This document shows positions 20,900 to 33,305 of a stretch of 64,000 nucleotides of DNA, piece by piece. This stretch comes from Ranitomeya imitator. Lineage: Eukaryota. The notes below the pieces were generated by a model, which ran no database searches, had not been told where the DNA came from, and saw nothing but the letters and a program-made list of their open reading frames with translations. Both the position numbers and the translations under genes were made by a program. The DNA lies in assembly GCF_032444005.1 (NCBI RefSeq), contig NC_091288.1, positions 218,054,001-218,118,000 on the forward strand, given 5' to 3'. Numbering within the stretch: position 1 is the first letter of the stretch; each line of letters begins with the position of its first letter.

Positions 20900-23800
20900 A
20901 TGGCGAAGAGAGTGAGCGTCCTGGACAGTCACGGGGTGAATAAGAAGCCGTCACCTTCCCGCGTCCGAGTGTCGGTACGGCTCCGACCGTTCATGGAGAA
21001 GGAGGAGGACCAGGCCTGTGTCCGGGGCCTGGACGCGCAGTCACTGGAGATCGTGAACTATAGGAACCAGCTGGAAACCATGCAGTACCAGTGAGTGACC
21101 GTGGTGCAGGTGGTAATGTCTGCCGGGCGGACGCCATCACCCGTGTATCACTAAGGACCTGGCACATCCAGGATTTATGGCAGAACTTCACTCCTGTCCC
21201 TTCCTCTGCTCCTCAGCTTTGATGCTTTCTATGGAGAAAAGGCCACGCAGCGCGAGATCTACACCAGCTCCGTGTGTCCCATCCTGCCCCACTTGTTAGT
21301 CGGGCAGAATGCCAGTGTGTTCGCCTACGGACCTACCGGAGCGGGTGCGTAGTGTCCTGGGGGGCTGGGGGTTATATAACACCTGTGCTCCGTGTAACTG
21401 GCCGTCCTCTCCAGGGAAGACCCACACCATGCTGGGCAACCCGCAGCAGCCGGGCATCATACCGCGAGCTGTCAGAGACCTGCTGCAGATGACTCGGGGG
21501 AAGAACGGCACACCCGAGGAGGAGAACTGGACCTTCACCATCACCATGTCCTACGTGGAGATCTATCAGGAGAAGGTGGGTGATGACCTCGTACTGCACC
21601 GCTGGGGACCGGCCATATCCCCCTCCGATGCCTAATTAACCCTTCTCTTATCAGGTGATGGATCTGCTGGAGCCCAAGAACAAGGACCTTCCTATCCGAG
21701 AAGACAAAGGCCACAACATCCTCATCCCGGGGGTGACCCAGAAGACCATCACCACCTTCTCAGACTTCGATGAACATTTCATTCCCGCCAGTCAGAACCG
21801 GACTGTCGCCTCCACCAAACTGAACGACCGCTCCAGCCGCAGCCACGCCGTGCTGCTCATCAAGGTGAGAGGGGAGCCGGCCGACAAGGTGGCCTGGAAG
21901 TAGGAGCCGCCATTACTTGTCGGGTGCCTCTTCATTATGAGCATGGCCAGGCGACCAGAAGGGGCAGCCATGTATCAGCAGTGTTTCTGCCATCCCGGGG
22001 GACGGACCACCCATACGATCCTGCATAGATTCTCACAACTTTTGCCACTCTTAATCATTGAATAGTTGGTGATTTCATGCTGCAGTATCCGCTCCTGTCC
22101 TCGGCCTCCGCTCCTGTCCTCGGCCTCCGCACAGAGCGGACACTCCGCCAGGCCGAGGACGAGCCCCGCTAATGCTGTTATTATAGGACATTAGGTGCAG
22201 AATCGTTGTAAATACTTTTATGCCCAAAATGACACAAGTATTCTCGGAGGGATCCCTTTATTGCTGACCAGAATAATATATTTGCAGCTTTAGAGCACAG
22301 CGGCTCCTTCTTCAGGTAGGTTTACAAAAAAGCGAGCATACTTTTATCATTTTTGAGCATTAAAGTATTTGCATTGATTTTCCCGGCTAACACAGAATCA
22401 CAATATATATATCTATATCTTATTTATTTATTTTTTAATTGTACCTCAGGTGCAGAAGAATCAGCAGATTTCTCCGTTCAGGCAGCTGACCGGAAAGCTT
22501 TACCTCATAGACCTGGCCGGCTCTGAAGACAACCGGCGCACCGGAAACCAAGGCATCCGCCTGAAGGAGAGCGGCGCCATCAACTCGTCCCTGTTCACTC
22601 TCAGCAAGGTAGTGGACGCCTTAAATCAGGGGCTGCCCCGAATCCCCTACAGAGACAGCAAGCTGACCCGTCTCCTGCAGGTGAGGGATGGTGGGCTCCA
22701 CTGATGGCACCCTCCGCCATGATGGGCTGTCGCCGTGGCCGGTCTCTTGGGCCATCCTCACACGTGTTTGTTTTCCAGGATTCGCTCGGCGGCTCTGCCC
22801 ACAGCGTTATGATCGCGAACATCGCCCCGGAAAAGCATTATTACTTTGACACCCTCACTGCCCTCAATTTCGCTGCCAAGTCTAAGCAGGTCATCAACAA
22901 ACCTTTCAGCTTGGAGACCACCCAGGCACCAGGTATGGGGTTACCTCCGATCAAACACTGGGTATAAGGATGGCAGAACATCGTCTCACGTCTCTACTTT
23001 TCCTTCCTCAGTTCAGCCCACCATGAAGAGACCCCGGGATGACCTGGAGAATTTGGTTCCATCTCAACACCCTAAAAAAGTCAAGTCTGAGCTCACAGAG
23101 GAGTCTCCAACCTTGTCCAAGGAAGCAAATAGGTACGATTTTCATCCTGCACTTGCTGCGGGTTATTGTCGCCCTGGTGTGTGACCCATACGGAGACCCT
23201 ATCTGCTTTTTTTTTTTTTTTATAGGAAGAAACTCCATATCGCCAACTTGGACCCGGCAGTGGTGGATAGGCTGCTCAAACTGGACCGGATTCTGTCAGA
23301 GAAGGGAAAAATGGAAACCCAACTACTCAGCACCCCAAAACGGGAGCGCATGGCCCTCCTGAAGAAATGGGAGGAGAGTCAGATGGAGATCGAGGTGAGG
23401 CAGCAGCGGTCTGAGAGCAAGGATCAGCATTCTGCGGTGCCCCATTGAAACTACAATTCCCAGCATGCACTGTCAGAAAATGCTGGGAGTTGTTGTACAA
23501 CTGGGGTGCTGAGGTTAGCAGATCCCTGCCAGAGATCTGATGGTGATGGACACCAGCGTTAGTATAAGGGCATGGTCTGCGGGCAGCATCTGTGTATAGA
23601 GGATAATGGTGTAATATCCCTTTAACTCCTTCCTCAGCGGCTGAAGGAGAAGCAGAAGGAGCTGGAGGAGAAAGCAATGGCGGCTGAGGCTCGCTCAGAT
23701 ATTGAACTGTCCGATTCCATCGTCAGTGAGGGCACGTTCCGGGTGCCGCTGAGGACTCGTGCCAAGGCCAGGAAGGTGCTCCGCGTCCAGCCCCTGCAGG

Positions 23801-25320
23801 GTGAGAGTCATGGACGCCTCGCGGCGGAGGGCGAGCTCTCTGGCACGGCCCTGGGTAGGGGTCAGAAGCTTGTCTGTTAGTGACGGAGGTTGTGGGGGAC
23901 GAGTATCTTCTGTCCTGCACTACGGTAGGTGTCATGTCCTCACATCTGATTTTTTTTTTTTTTTTTGTTTGGTTCAGGTCTCAACGAAAACAGCATAGAT
24001 GCGGGGATCATGATGATGGAGAAGAAAACGCAGGTGAGTGGGAAACGCTGGGAATGGTTAAGTGGTGGGAGTACTCACCTGCTGACAGTCCCCATCATGC
24101 CTCCTCCCCCAGAAGACACTGGCGCTGGTGAATGGTGGGTTTCACGTGGGTCTTTGTATCTGGAGGTTTTCTTTATCATCTTACCCATCACATCCACAGA
24201 AGGTCCACGACGGCGACGAGAACAAACCCAGCTGGGAGATGAAGATGCGGACGGATCTGCTGCAGAACGGCAGAGAGCAGATTCTCAATCTCCTCAACAC
24301 CGGATCAATAAGAGAGCTGAAGTCCTTGCAGAAGATCGGGGACAAGAAGGCCAAGCTCATTGTGGGCTGGAGGGAGCTCAACGGCCCGTTCACCAATGTA
24401 AGTGTAAAAAATAAAGTGCGTGCTATCGAGTGAATAGCGCAGCATGCCGTCAGTATGAGACTCGGTGTCCGGGACTGTTCTCACCAATCTTAGTGTAGAA
24501 TTCATCTTGTGCTTCTGCACATTAATCTGCGACTGTATTTACTGCCATCTGCATGTGAGGTTTTACATCATTAGCTGCTTATAGCAGAATTCAATTTTCC
24601 TGCTCTCTGATAGTTGGTGTTATATTGATGCATATGGCAGAAGATAATCGTCTGCCATGTGCATCAATAGAGCTGCATTTGCAGTTTTACATGAGTAATA
24701 TTTCAGCAGCTCAGCCCTGCACTGACAAATACACAAGCTCCATTTTGGGGGAGTGCAGGAGAGTTGAGCAGCGTTAGAAAGCAGCTAAACAATAATGTAA
24801 ATCAGGGGTCCCCAACTCCAGGCCTCGAGGGCCGCCAACAGGTTAGGTTTTCAGGATTTCTTTAGTATTGCATAGGTGGTAATGTGATCATCTGCACAGG
24901 TGATGATTCCAACCCCTGTGCAATACTAAGGGAATCCTGAAAACCTGCACTGTTGGCGGCCCTCGAGACCTGGAGTTGGGGACCACTGATGTAAATCCAC
25001 ACTGCAGTCACACTGATGTCGATGGCAGAAGATAAGATCAACCGGTCAGAGGGTGCCATGTAACGGGAGAATACACTGTCGGGTGTTTTGCGGTCAGACG
25101 AAGGTTAGGATACCATTTCTGTGTTTCAGGTGGAGGACCTGGCCTCCATGGAAGGGATGTCAACCAAACAAGTCGACTCCTTCTTAAAGGTAAGACTCTG
25201 TATCTGTACATTGTAGCTTAGTAATGGGAGCTATATTTGTGGGGTGGAGGTTATAGGACAGACCTGATTCTGATGGTGGTCTCCCCACAGGCCAATATCC
25301 TGTGCATTGTAGCGAGCTGA
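20900..25320 (+). CDS. KIF22: Kinesin-like protein KIF22 (Kid, kinesin-10). Coding exons 20900-21090, 21217-21344, 21415-21575, 21655-21864, 22450-22680, 22779-22932, 23012-23132, 23226-23394, 23638-23800, 23978-24033, 24200-24397, 25130-25189, 25291-25320 (~623 aa)
   Basis: [12 protein letters not shown]-loop [59 protein letters not shown], and C-terminal helix-hairpin-helix [26 protein letters not shown]. All introns are GT-AG and the exon phases sum to 1872 nt. AATAAA at 25874. An extra upstream coding exon cannot be excluded. Confidence 0.93.
24803..24988. mobile_element. hAT-family MITE (186 bp) in KIF22 intron
   Basis: TIRs caggggtccccaactccaggcctcgagggccgccaacag / ctgttggcggccctcgagacctggagttggggaccactg. 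8-bp TSD atgtaaat at 24795-24802 and 24989-24996. Confidence 0.9.
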
Positions 25321-25939
25321 AGATGCCCCCCGGACTCAGCACTTCTCACCGAGAAGCCTTCACGTCATGGATTCTGTGAAACCTTTAATTCTCCTGCCTG
25401 ATGCCCGTGTCTTTGCCCCACGCCGGCCTGGGGGTAACCTGTGCGTCTGTGGAGCGTGTGGGGGTCCTCCTTCACCTCTACATGGGACCCCACATTACTG
25501 CGAGGAGACTGTGGGAGGACCGCCATGATTTATCATGTTATAGTGTTTGTAATAGTATGTATTTGTGAATCCCTGCAGTGTTCCCCCCCCCCCCCCCCCC
25601 GGCCCGGCCCTACACACTGCGTCATTTAGAGGGGTCTGTAGGGTCCCCAGATGTAACCACTTGTATATAAGAGCAGTCATTTTAATGTGACGTTGGCTGA
25701 TCCGCCCCGTGCAGGAGGAGCTCGTCGGGGCCCCCAGCATTCAGAAGGTGAGAAGATAAGTTATTGGCTGCACGGACCCTCCGCGTGTCGTCGCCTCCAT
25801 GTTTTACTTTGTTTTATGGTCCAGATGTTTGAGAATGAATCTTATCTGTTATTACTCAGCCGAGCGATGTATTAATAAAATATCTTTTTTACATATTGAA
25901 ATCTGATGTCTCCAACAGAGAGTGGAATAACTACACGGC

Positions 25940-26605
25940 CCCCGCTAGTATCTGGCCGTGAGCAACGCAGCCCCCGCTAGTATCTGGCCGTGAGCAACGC
26001 AGCCCCCGCTAGTATCTGGCCGTGAGCAACGCAGCCCCCGCTAGTATCTGGCCGTGAGCAACGCAGCCCCCGCTAGTATCTGGCCGTGAGCAACGCAGCC
26101 CCCGCTAGTATCTGGTCGAGAGCAACGCGGCCCCCGCTAGTATCTGGCCGTGAGCAACGCAGCCCCCGCTAGTATCTGGCCGTGAGCAACGCAGCCCCCG
26201 CTAGTATCTGGCCGTGAGCAACGCAGCCCCCGCTAGTATCTGGCCGTGAGCAACGCAGCCCCCGCTAGTATCTGGCCGTGAGCAACGCAGCCCCCGCTAG
26301 TATCTGGTCGAGAGCAACGCGGCCCCCGCTAGTATCTGGTCGAGAGCAACGCGGTCCCCGCTAGTATCTGGCCGTGAGCGACGCGATCCCCGGTAGTATC
26401 CGGCCGAGGGCGAAGTGGCCCCCATTAGTATCTGGCCGAGGGCGACGCGACCCCCGCTAGTATCTGGCCGAGGGCGAAGCGACCCCCGCTAGTATCCGGC
26501 CGAGAGCAAAGCGGCCCCCGCTAGTATACGGCCGAGAGCGAAGCGGCCCCCGCTAGTATACGGCCGAGAGCGAAGCGGCCCCCGCTAGTATCCGGCCGAG
26601 AGCGA
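25940..26605. repeat. 32-bp minisatellite (~20 copies), diverging toward the right end
   Basis: Unit cccccgctagtatctggccgtgagcaacgcag. Confidence 0.9.
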
Positions 26606-28094
26606 TGCTATAACGGGTACAGACCTCACTGACTGCATATTGCTCTAGTGTTCCTGCTCTTCCTGTAGAGACCCCCGTGCCGCAGTGGTATCCATTACGG
26701 GGGGCTTGTGGGCTGCTCTGTTATTGCCCTGTAGGTAAAGAAAAAGAATAGAGCTGAATAGAAAGGCCCGTTATATCTGGATACAAAAAAACCTGAATTC
26801 TAGGGAGAGAAAAAAACCCGCGTCTGTGTGTCGTGCTCAGATACTCACCTCGTTCTCTTCATTTTCTTTCAAAGAGTGGAAACTTTTAGTTTACAAGAGG
26901 GGGAGTATGGCGATATACAGACGGGGCCCAATCGCCGGACCGGGCCCCCAGCACTGACGGTACAGGGGGACAGAACTGCATAACACCCACCTGCACCACA
27001 AGGGGGCAGCAATGCTGCCAATATCCCTATATCTGCACAAGTCAGTGCAATAGTGACCGCATATAATGGGATTAGATACACAGCACTGCAGACAGTATCA
27101 CACAGGATTAGATACACGGCTCTGCATGCAGTATCACACAGGATTAGATACACGGCTCTGCAGTCAGTATCACACAGGAGAGGATTGGATGCCACAGCTC
27201 CCTGTGATCCGTGTCCCGGTTTTGGCTGCTGCAGCGCCTCGCTTTGCTGTAATCTGCCTCCTCAGTGCCGTGATGCAATTTGTCGCTTTCTCAGCTATTC
27301 GTGTTTTTCTGCAGTGATGAGGATTTCTCGGACATCCATGGGAATGCGCTGACGACCCCTTAGTCTCCTGTCCTGGGGGTCACTCTGCTGTTCTGACTGA
27401 TCATGTGACTAATGGCCCCATGCAGCCTGTGTCACTGACCCCAATAGTGGGGAAATTAGAGCGTGACCCCTCTCACCGCTGCGACTGGTCATTACATGAC
27501 TGGAGATCTACTGTGTGCCCTAATGCTGTGGGGTAGATCCAAGAAGAGCGGCCTCCGCCACTCACTGCAGGACGGACCAGTGACGCCTCCGGCCCCTGAG
27601 TTATGCCATATTCTGCTCGTTTTGTTGATTTGGCATAACATGGGCATTAACGCCCTGTGTTGTTTCTGTCCTGTGTAACGTCTGTTATTAGAGGAATGCA
27701 CAGGATCGCGCCGCTGCCCGGCACAATGCTCCATGTATGAGGCCGGCGTGCGCTCCGCAGATGGTGACTCTCCAGCAAGGCGCAGCCAAGATGTCAGTGA
27801 CAGGAAGGGTTAAATTAGGAGGAAGTCTATGGGGCCAGCAGGGTGGTCACTGGATGGAGGGCTGGACCGCTGAGGGGAAGAGACCACCCATTTACACATG
27901 CCAACGACACACAGTACTGCCCAATATACTATATACACAGGATGTCCCCTACCGTGAGTGATAGGCCTGACCTCTATATCCCCTATATACTATATATACA
28001 GGACGGCTCCTACCGTGAGTGATAGGCCCGATCCCTGTGTTACGTGTTATGGATCTTTTGGCAGTATGCCTCTGTTGTCAGTGCATATCGGGCC

Positions 28095-30860
28095 AAGATC
28101 ACTTCTTTGATCTGCTCATAGTCCCACTCCACTGAAACTGCCCTAACTAAGGTCACCAATGACCTATTAACCGCCAAGAGCAAGCGACACTACTCTGTCC
28201 TCCTCCTCCTGGACCTGTCCTCTGCCTTTGACACAGTGGACCATTCCCTATTACTACAGACCCTCTCATCACTTGGCATCACAGACTTGGCCCTATCCTG
28301 GATCTCATCATACCTAACAGACCGGACATTCAGCGTCTCCCACTCACACACCGCCTCCTCACCTCGCCCACTATCTGTCGGAGTCCCACAAGGTTCAGTC
28401 CTAGGGCCCCTGCTCTTCTCCATTTACACCTTTGGCCTGGGACAGCTCATAGAATCTCACGGTTTTCAGTATCATCTCTACGCTGACGACACACAGATCT
28501 ACATCTCTGGACCAGATATCACCTCCCTACTAACCAGAATCCCTCAATGTCTGTCCACTATTTCATCCTTCTCCGCTAGATTTCTGAAACTTAACATGGA
28601 CAAAACAGAATTCATAATCTTTCCCCCATCTCATGCGACCCCGCAACGAACCTATCCATTACCGTAAATGGCTGCCCACTCTCCCCAGTCCCACAAGCCC
28701 GCTGCCTCGGGGTAATCCTTGACACTGATCTCTCCTTCAAACCACATATCCAAGCTCTTTCCACTTCCTGCCGACTTCAACTCAAAAATATTTCACAAAT
28801 CCGTTCATTCCTCAACCAAGAATCTGCAAAAACCCTAGTCCATGCCCTCATCATCTCCCGCCTCGACTACTGTAACCTCCTGCTCTGTGGCCTCCCCTCT
28901 AACACTCTCGCACCCCTCCAATCTATTCTAAACTCTGAAGCCCGACTAATCCACCTGTCCCCCCACTATTCCCCGGCCTCTCCCCTCTGTCAGTCCCTTC
29001 ACTGGCTCCCCATTACCCAGAGACTCCAGTACAAAACCCTAACCATGGCGTACAAAGCCATCCACAACCTGTCTCCTCCATACATCTGTGACCTCGTCTC
29101 CCGGTACTTTCCTGCACGCAACCTCCGATCCTCACAAGATCTCCTTCTCTACTCCCCTCTCATCTCCTCTTCCCACAATCGTATACAAGATTTCTCTCGC
29201 GTATCACCCTTACTCTGGAACCATCTACCACAACATATCAGACCCTCGCCTACCATCGAAACCTTCTAAAAGAACCTGAAGACCCACCTCTTCCGACAAG
29301 TCTACAACCTGCAGTAACCACCGATCCACCAAACCGCTGCATGACCAGCTCTACCCTCACCTACTGTATTCTCACCCATCCCTTGTAGATTGTGAGCCCT
29401 CGCGGGCAGGGTCCTCTCTCCTCATGTATCCTCACCCATCCCTTGTAGATTGTGAGCCCTCGCGGGCAGGGTCCTCTCTCCTCCTGTATCCTCACCCATC
29501 CCTTGTAGATTGTGAGCCCTCGCGGGCAGGGTCCTCTCTCCTCCTGTATCCTCACCCATCCCTTGTAGATTGTGAGCCCTCGCGGGCAGGGTCCTCTCTC
29601 CTCATGTATCCTCACCCATCCCTTGTAGATTGTGAGCCCTCGCGGGCAGGGTCCTCTCTCCTCATGTATCCTCACCCATCCCTTGTAGATTGTGAGCCCT
29701 CGCGGACAGGGTCCAATCTCCTCCTGTATCCTCACCCATCCCTTGTAGATTGTGAGCCCTCGCGGGCAGGGTCCTCTCTCCTCCTGTATCCTCACCCATC
29801 CCTTGTAGATTGTGAGCCCTCGCGGGCAGGGTCCTCTCTCCTCCTGTATCCTCACCCATCCCTTGTAGATTGTGAGCCCTCGCGGGCAGGGTCCTCTCTC
29901 CTCCTGTATCCTCACCCATCCCTTGTAGATTGTGAGCCCTCGCGGGCAGGGTCCTCTCTCCTCCTGTATCCTCACCCATCCCTTGTAGATTGTGAGCCCT
30001 CGCGGGCAGGGTCCTCTCTCCTCCTGTATCCTCACCCATCCCTTGTAGATTGTGAGCCCTCGCGGGCAGGGTCCTCTCTCCTCCTGTATCCTCACCCATC
30101 CCTTGTAGATTGTGAGCCCTCGCGGGCAGGGTCCTCTCTCCTCCTGTATCCTCACCCATCCCTTGTAGATTGTGAGCCCTCGCGGGCAGGGTCCTCTCTC
30201 CTCATGTATCCTCACCCATCCCTTGTAGATTGTGAGCCCTCGCGGGCAGGGTCCAATCTCCTCCTGTATCCTCACCCATCCCTTGTAGATTGTGAGCCCT
30301 CGCGGGCAGGGTCCTCTCTCCTCCTGTATCCTCACCCATCCCTTGTAGATTGTGAGCCCTCGCGGGCAGGGTCCTCTCTCCTCCTGTATCCTCACCCATC
30401 CCTTGTAGATTGTGAGCCCTCGCGGGCAGGGTCCTCTCTCCTCATGTATCCTCACCCATCCCTTGTAGATTGTGAGCCCTCGCGGGCAGGGTCCAATCTC
30501 CTCCTGTATCCTCACCCATCCCTTGTAGATTGTGAGCCCTCGCGGGCAGGGTCCTCTCTCCTCCTGTATCCTCACCCATCCCTTGTAGATTGTGAGCCCT
30601 CGCGGGCAGGGTCCTCTCTCCTCCTGTATCCTCACCCATCCCTTGTAGATTGTGAGCCCTCGCGGGCAGGGTCCTCTCTCCTCCTGTATTCTCACCCATC
30701 CCTTGTAGATTGTGAGCCCTCGCGGGCAGGGTCCTCTCTCCTCCTGTACCAGTTGTGACTTGTATTGTGTAAGATTATTGTACCTGTTTTATTATGTATA
30801 CCTCTCCTCACATGTTAAGCGCCATGGAATAAATGGCGCTATAACAATAAATAATAATAG
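28095..30860 (+). mobile_element. 5'-truncated L2 (CR1-group) LINE with degenerate reverse transcriptase and intact 3' tail
   Basis: [55 protein letters not shown] motifs with frameshifts. 3' stem-loop agcgccatggaataaatggcgct followed by an (aat)n tail at ~30818-30860. Confidence 0.9.
29361..30748. repeat. 60-bp tandem array (~23 near-identical copies) inside the L2 3'UTR
   Basis: Unit ctgtatcctcacccatcccttgtagattgtgagccctcgcgggcagggtcctctctcctc. Explains the 444-aa repetitive ORFs on both strands. Confidence 0.95.
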
Positions 30861-31826
30861 TCCATACAGTCCTCATCGGGTACCGTGCGATAGGCGTCCG
30901 CTGCCCGGCCTGTCAGCTTGCTGGCCAGGATCTGAACCCGTTCCTCCGGCTTCACTTGATGAAGGGCACACTGCTGCTCAAAGTCCTGCAGAAAGCCATC
31001 AATGTCTTCCTCTGCCTCCCCCAACTGTCGGAAGGCATTATACTGGATCTTTTTGTGGCTTACAGTTGAAGGTACCTGGTCGGAAGCCAGAGCTCCCCCT
31101 GCTCGCTGACTCTCCTCTCTCCGCTCTGCCATCTCCATCTTGGCCAGCTCCACTTTGGTCCGCTCTGCCATCTCCATCTTGGTTAGCTCTATCCTGGTCC
31201 GCTCGGCCATCTCTTCCTTCAGATCAGTACGCACATCAGCCATCACCTCTCGTATGATCTCTACTGCAGGGTTTGGGCCATAGAACGCCAGTCTGTTCTT
31301 TACCTCCCTCTGGAATTCAGTCTCCTCCACGTTCACATTGGGGGGCGCTGCACTGTCGTGTTCCATGATGGCTGCTATCAAATCCGCTTTTGTTTTGTTG
31401 CTGGCGATTAACCCTCGGGCTTCCACCAGATCTTTAAATGTAGTCCTCTTTAACTTCTGGTAGTTGTCTTCCATTCATTCCTTTCCTCCTGTAGAAGGGG
31501 TATCACATCCCGCTGTCTGCCACCAGTGTAACGGGGTCTACCAAGCTGGGGTACCTCTTTCAGCACCACCCCGTGTTTCAGGAGGTCCACTCTGCTTTGG
31601 CTGGAGTCTGAATGAAGGACGCTGGCTGGAATTGCTTGATTACATGGGCGCATATAAAAGATCACTGCTACTCCACGTATTTCCAGTCTGACAACACTTT
31701 ACTCACAGGACACAGAATATATCACACAGATACAGAGGGCAGGCCAATAGAAAAGTGGCAGACCAGACATACATTACAATAGCCGCAGGGGGCCGGAGCC
31801 TGCCGATATTTACTGTGGGAATTACA
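30860..31826 (-). mobile_element. Truncated Gypsy-type LTR retrotransposon: 5' LTR (31826-31527), PBS, gag fragment (31474-~30860)
   Basis: On the minus strand the 300-bp LTR has TGTAA...TTACA termini, followed by PBS-like tggtggcag. ORF MEDNYQKLKRTTFKDLVEARGL...KADLIAAIMEHD (SAP/HeH-like), coiled coil, then EEDIDGFLQDFEQQCALH...LASKLTGRAADAY (capsid/SCAN-like gag). Confidence 0.75.
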
Positions 31827-32221
31827 AAGGTGGGGGGCGGTGTATACCGTGTATCCCCCTATATATTATATATACAGGACAGCTCCCACTGTGAGTGATC
31901 GGCCTGGTCCCTGTATACCCCTATATACTATACATACAGGACAGCTCCTACTGTGAGTGATAGGCCCGGTCCCTGTATACCCCTATATACTCTATGTGGC
32001 TCAGGCCCTTCTCTTGATGCAAGCACGTGTTGCGCTCGCCCGGACTGGTGAGACTGTGCGCCATTATGGACTGGATGGGATAACGACCCCTGTGCGATCA
32101 CTACTAATGGGACCTCTGATTGGATAAGTATTTCTCTCCACCGTTTCGCTCCTCCCTGCAGACGGGGGTCAGTAGAGGATGCAGCAGAGTTCATCAGGGG
32201 TCTGGTGTGTATTTGCTATAA

Positions 32222-32255
32222 CCCTGGAAGGCACATTGCCGAAACATGCGTCGGG
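32222..32255 (+). ncRNA. Degenerate type-I hammerhead-ribozyme-like motif (Penelope-type), probably inactive
   Basis: ccc-tggaa-ggca(cat)tgcc-gaaac-atgc-gtc-ggg: stems I/II/III, GAAA and GUC site present, but the CUGAnGA core is shortened (CTGGAA). Confidence 0.4.
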
Positions 32256-32464
32256 ACTATTGGTGTGCGCTGTCCCCTGCACTGCAGGTATTGCTGCCTG
32301 TGTGTGACGTGTCTACGCTGAGTGCAGCGGCTCCTTTTGTTTCGCATTGGGTGTGGGTTTATCAGAGTGGCAAGTAATGTTCGGCCATGTCGGGCCCTTG
32401 GGTCACCTCTAACTCTAGGTACCCGGTACTCCGTTGCGTGTCCCCCATAGATATCTGTTTAATG

Positions 32465-32850
32465 CCTGATTACTGGGGGTGAGGGGCTGCTCGGGGTGAG
32501 GGGTTACTGGGGGTGAGGGGCTGCTCGGTGTGAGGGGTTACTGGGGGTGAGGGGCTGCTCGGGGTGAGGGATTACTGGGAGTGAGGGGCTGCTCGGGGTG
32601 AGGGATTATTGTGGGGTGAGGGGCTGCTCGGGGTGAGGAGCTACTGGGGGTGAGGGGCTGCTTGGGGTCACTGGGGGTGAGGGGTTACTGCGGTGAGGGG
32701 CTGCTCGGGGTGAGGGATTACTGGGGGTGAGGGACTGCTCGGGGTGAGGGACTGCTCGGGGTGAGGGGCTGCTCGGGGTGAGGGATTACTGGGGGTGAGG
32801 GGCTGCTCAGGGTGAAGGGTTACTGCGGGTGAGGGGCTGCAGTGCCGGCT
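32465..32850. repeat. G-rich 17-18 bp composite tandem repeat forming the expanded left arm of an inverted-repeat element
   Basis: Alternating ggggtgaggggctgctc / ggggtgagggattact units. Confidence 0.8.
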
Positions 32851-32893
32851 TACACCGTTGTTACATGTTGTATTATGGACGTAGTGATTTATA

Positions 32894-33303
32894 GGATCAG
32901 CAAGTGACGCCTTATAACCGCACTGTGGCTCCGTCATCAGAGTATTTTATGAGAAAGCGCCGGGCTTCTGCACACAGCAGTGCGGTATATTACGCTGCGC
33001 CCCTCCGTGCGAGCTCCAGCGCGTCCCCTGCTCCCTTCCGTGCGAGCTCCAGTGCGTCCCCCGCTCCCCTCAGTGCGAGCTCCAACTCGTCCCCCGCTCC
33101 CCTCCGTGCGAGCTCCAGCTCGTCCCCCGCTCCCCTCGTGTGCGCTGGAGCTCGCACGGAGGGGAGCGGGGGACGCGCTGGAGCTCGCAAGGAGGGGCGC
33201 AGCGTAATATACCGCACTGCTGTGTGCAGGAGCCCAGCGCTTTCTCATACAATACTCTGATAACGGGGCCACAGTGCGGTTATAAGGCGTCATTTGCTGA
33301 TCC
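32894..33303. mobile_element. 410-bp almost fully palindromic MITE with TA TSD
   Basis: ta|ggatcagcaagtgacgcc ... ggcgtcatttgctgatcc|ta. The arms are ~160 bp, which produces the mirror-image 118-aa ORFs on both strands. Confidence 0.85.
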
Positions 33304-33305
33304 TA

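Noticed and set aside
23451-23500. actacaattcccagcatgc...atgctgggagttg short inverted repeat resembling a ZNF143 site
   Set aside because: It is intronic and palindromic, more likely a small common repeat than a promoter element.
29361-30758. Two 444-aa ORFs on opposite strands
   Set aside because: Artefact of a stop-free 60-bp tandem unit; no unique coding content.
32904-33293. Mirror-image 118-aa ORFs on + and - strands
   Set aside because: Consequence of the palindromic MITE, not a sense/antisense gene pair.
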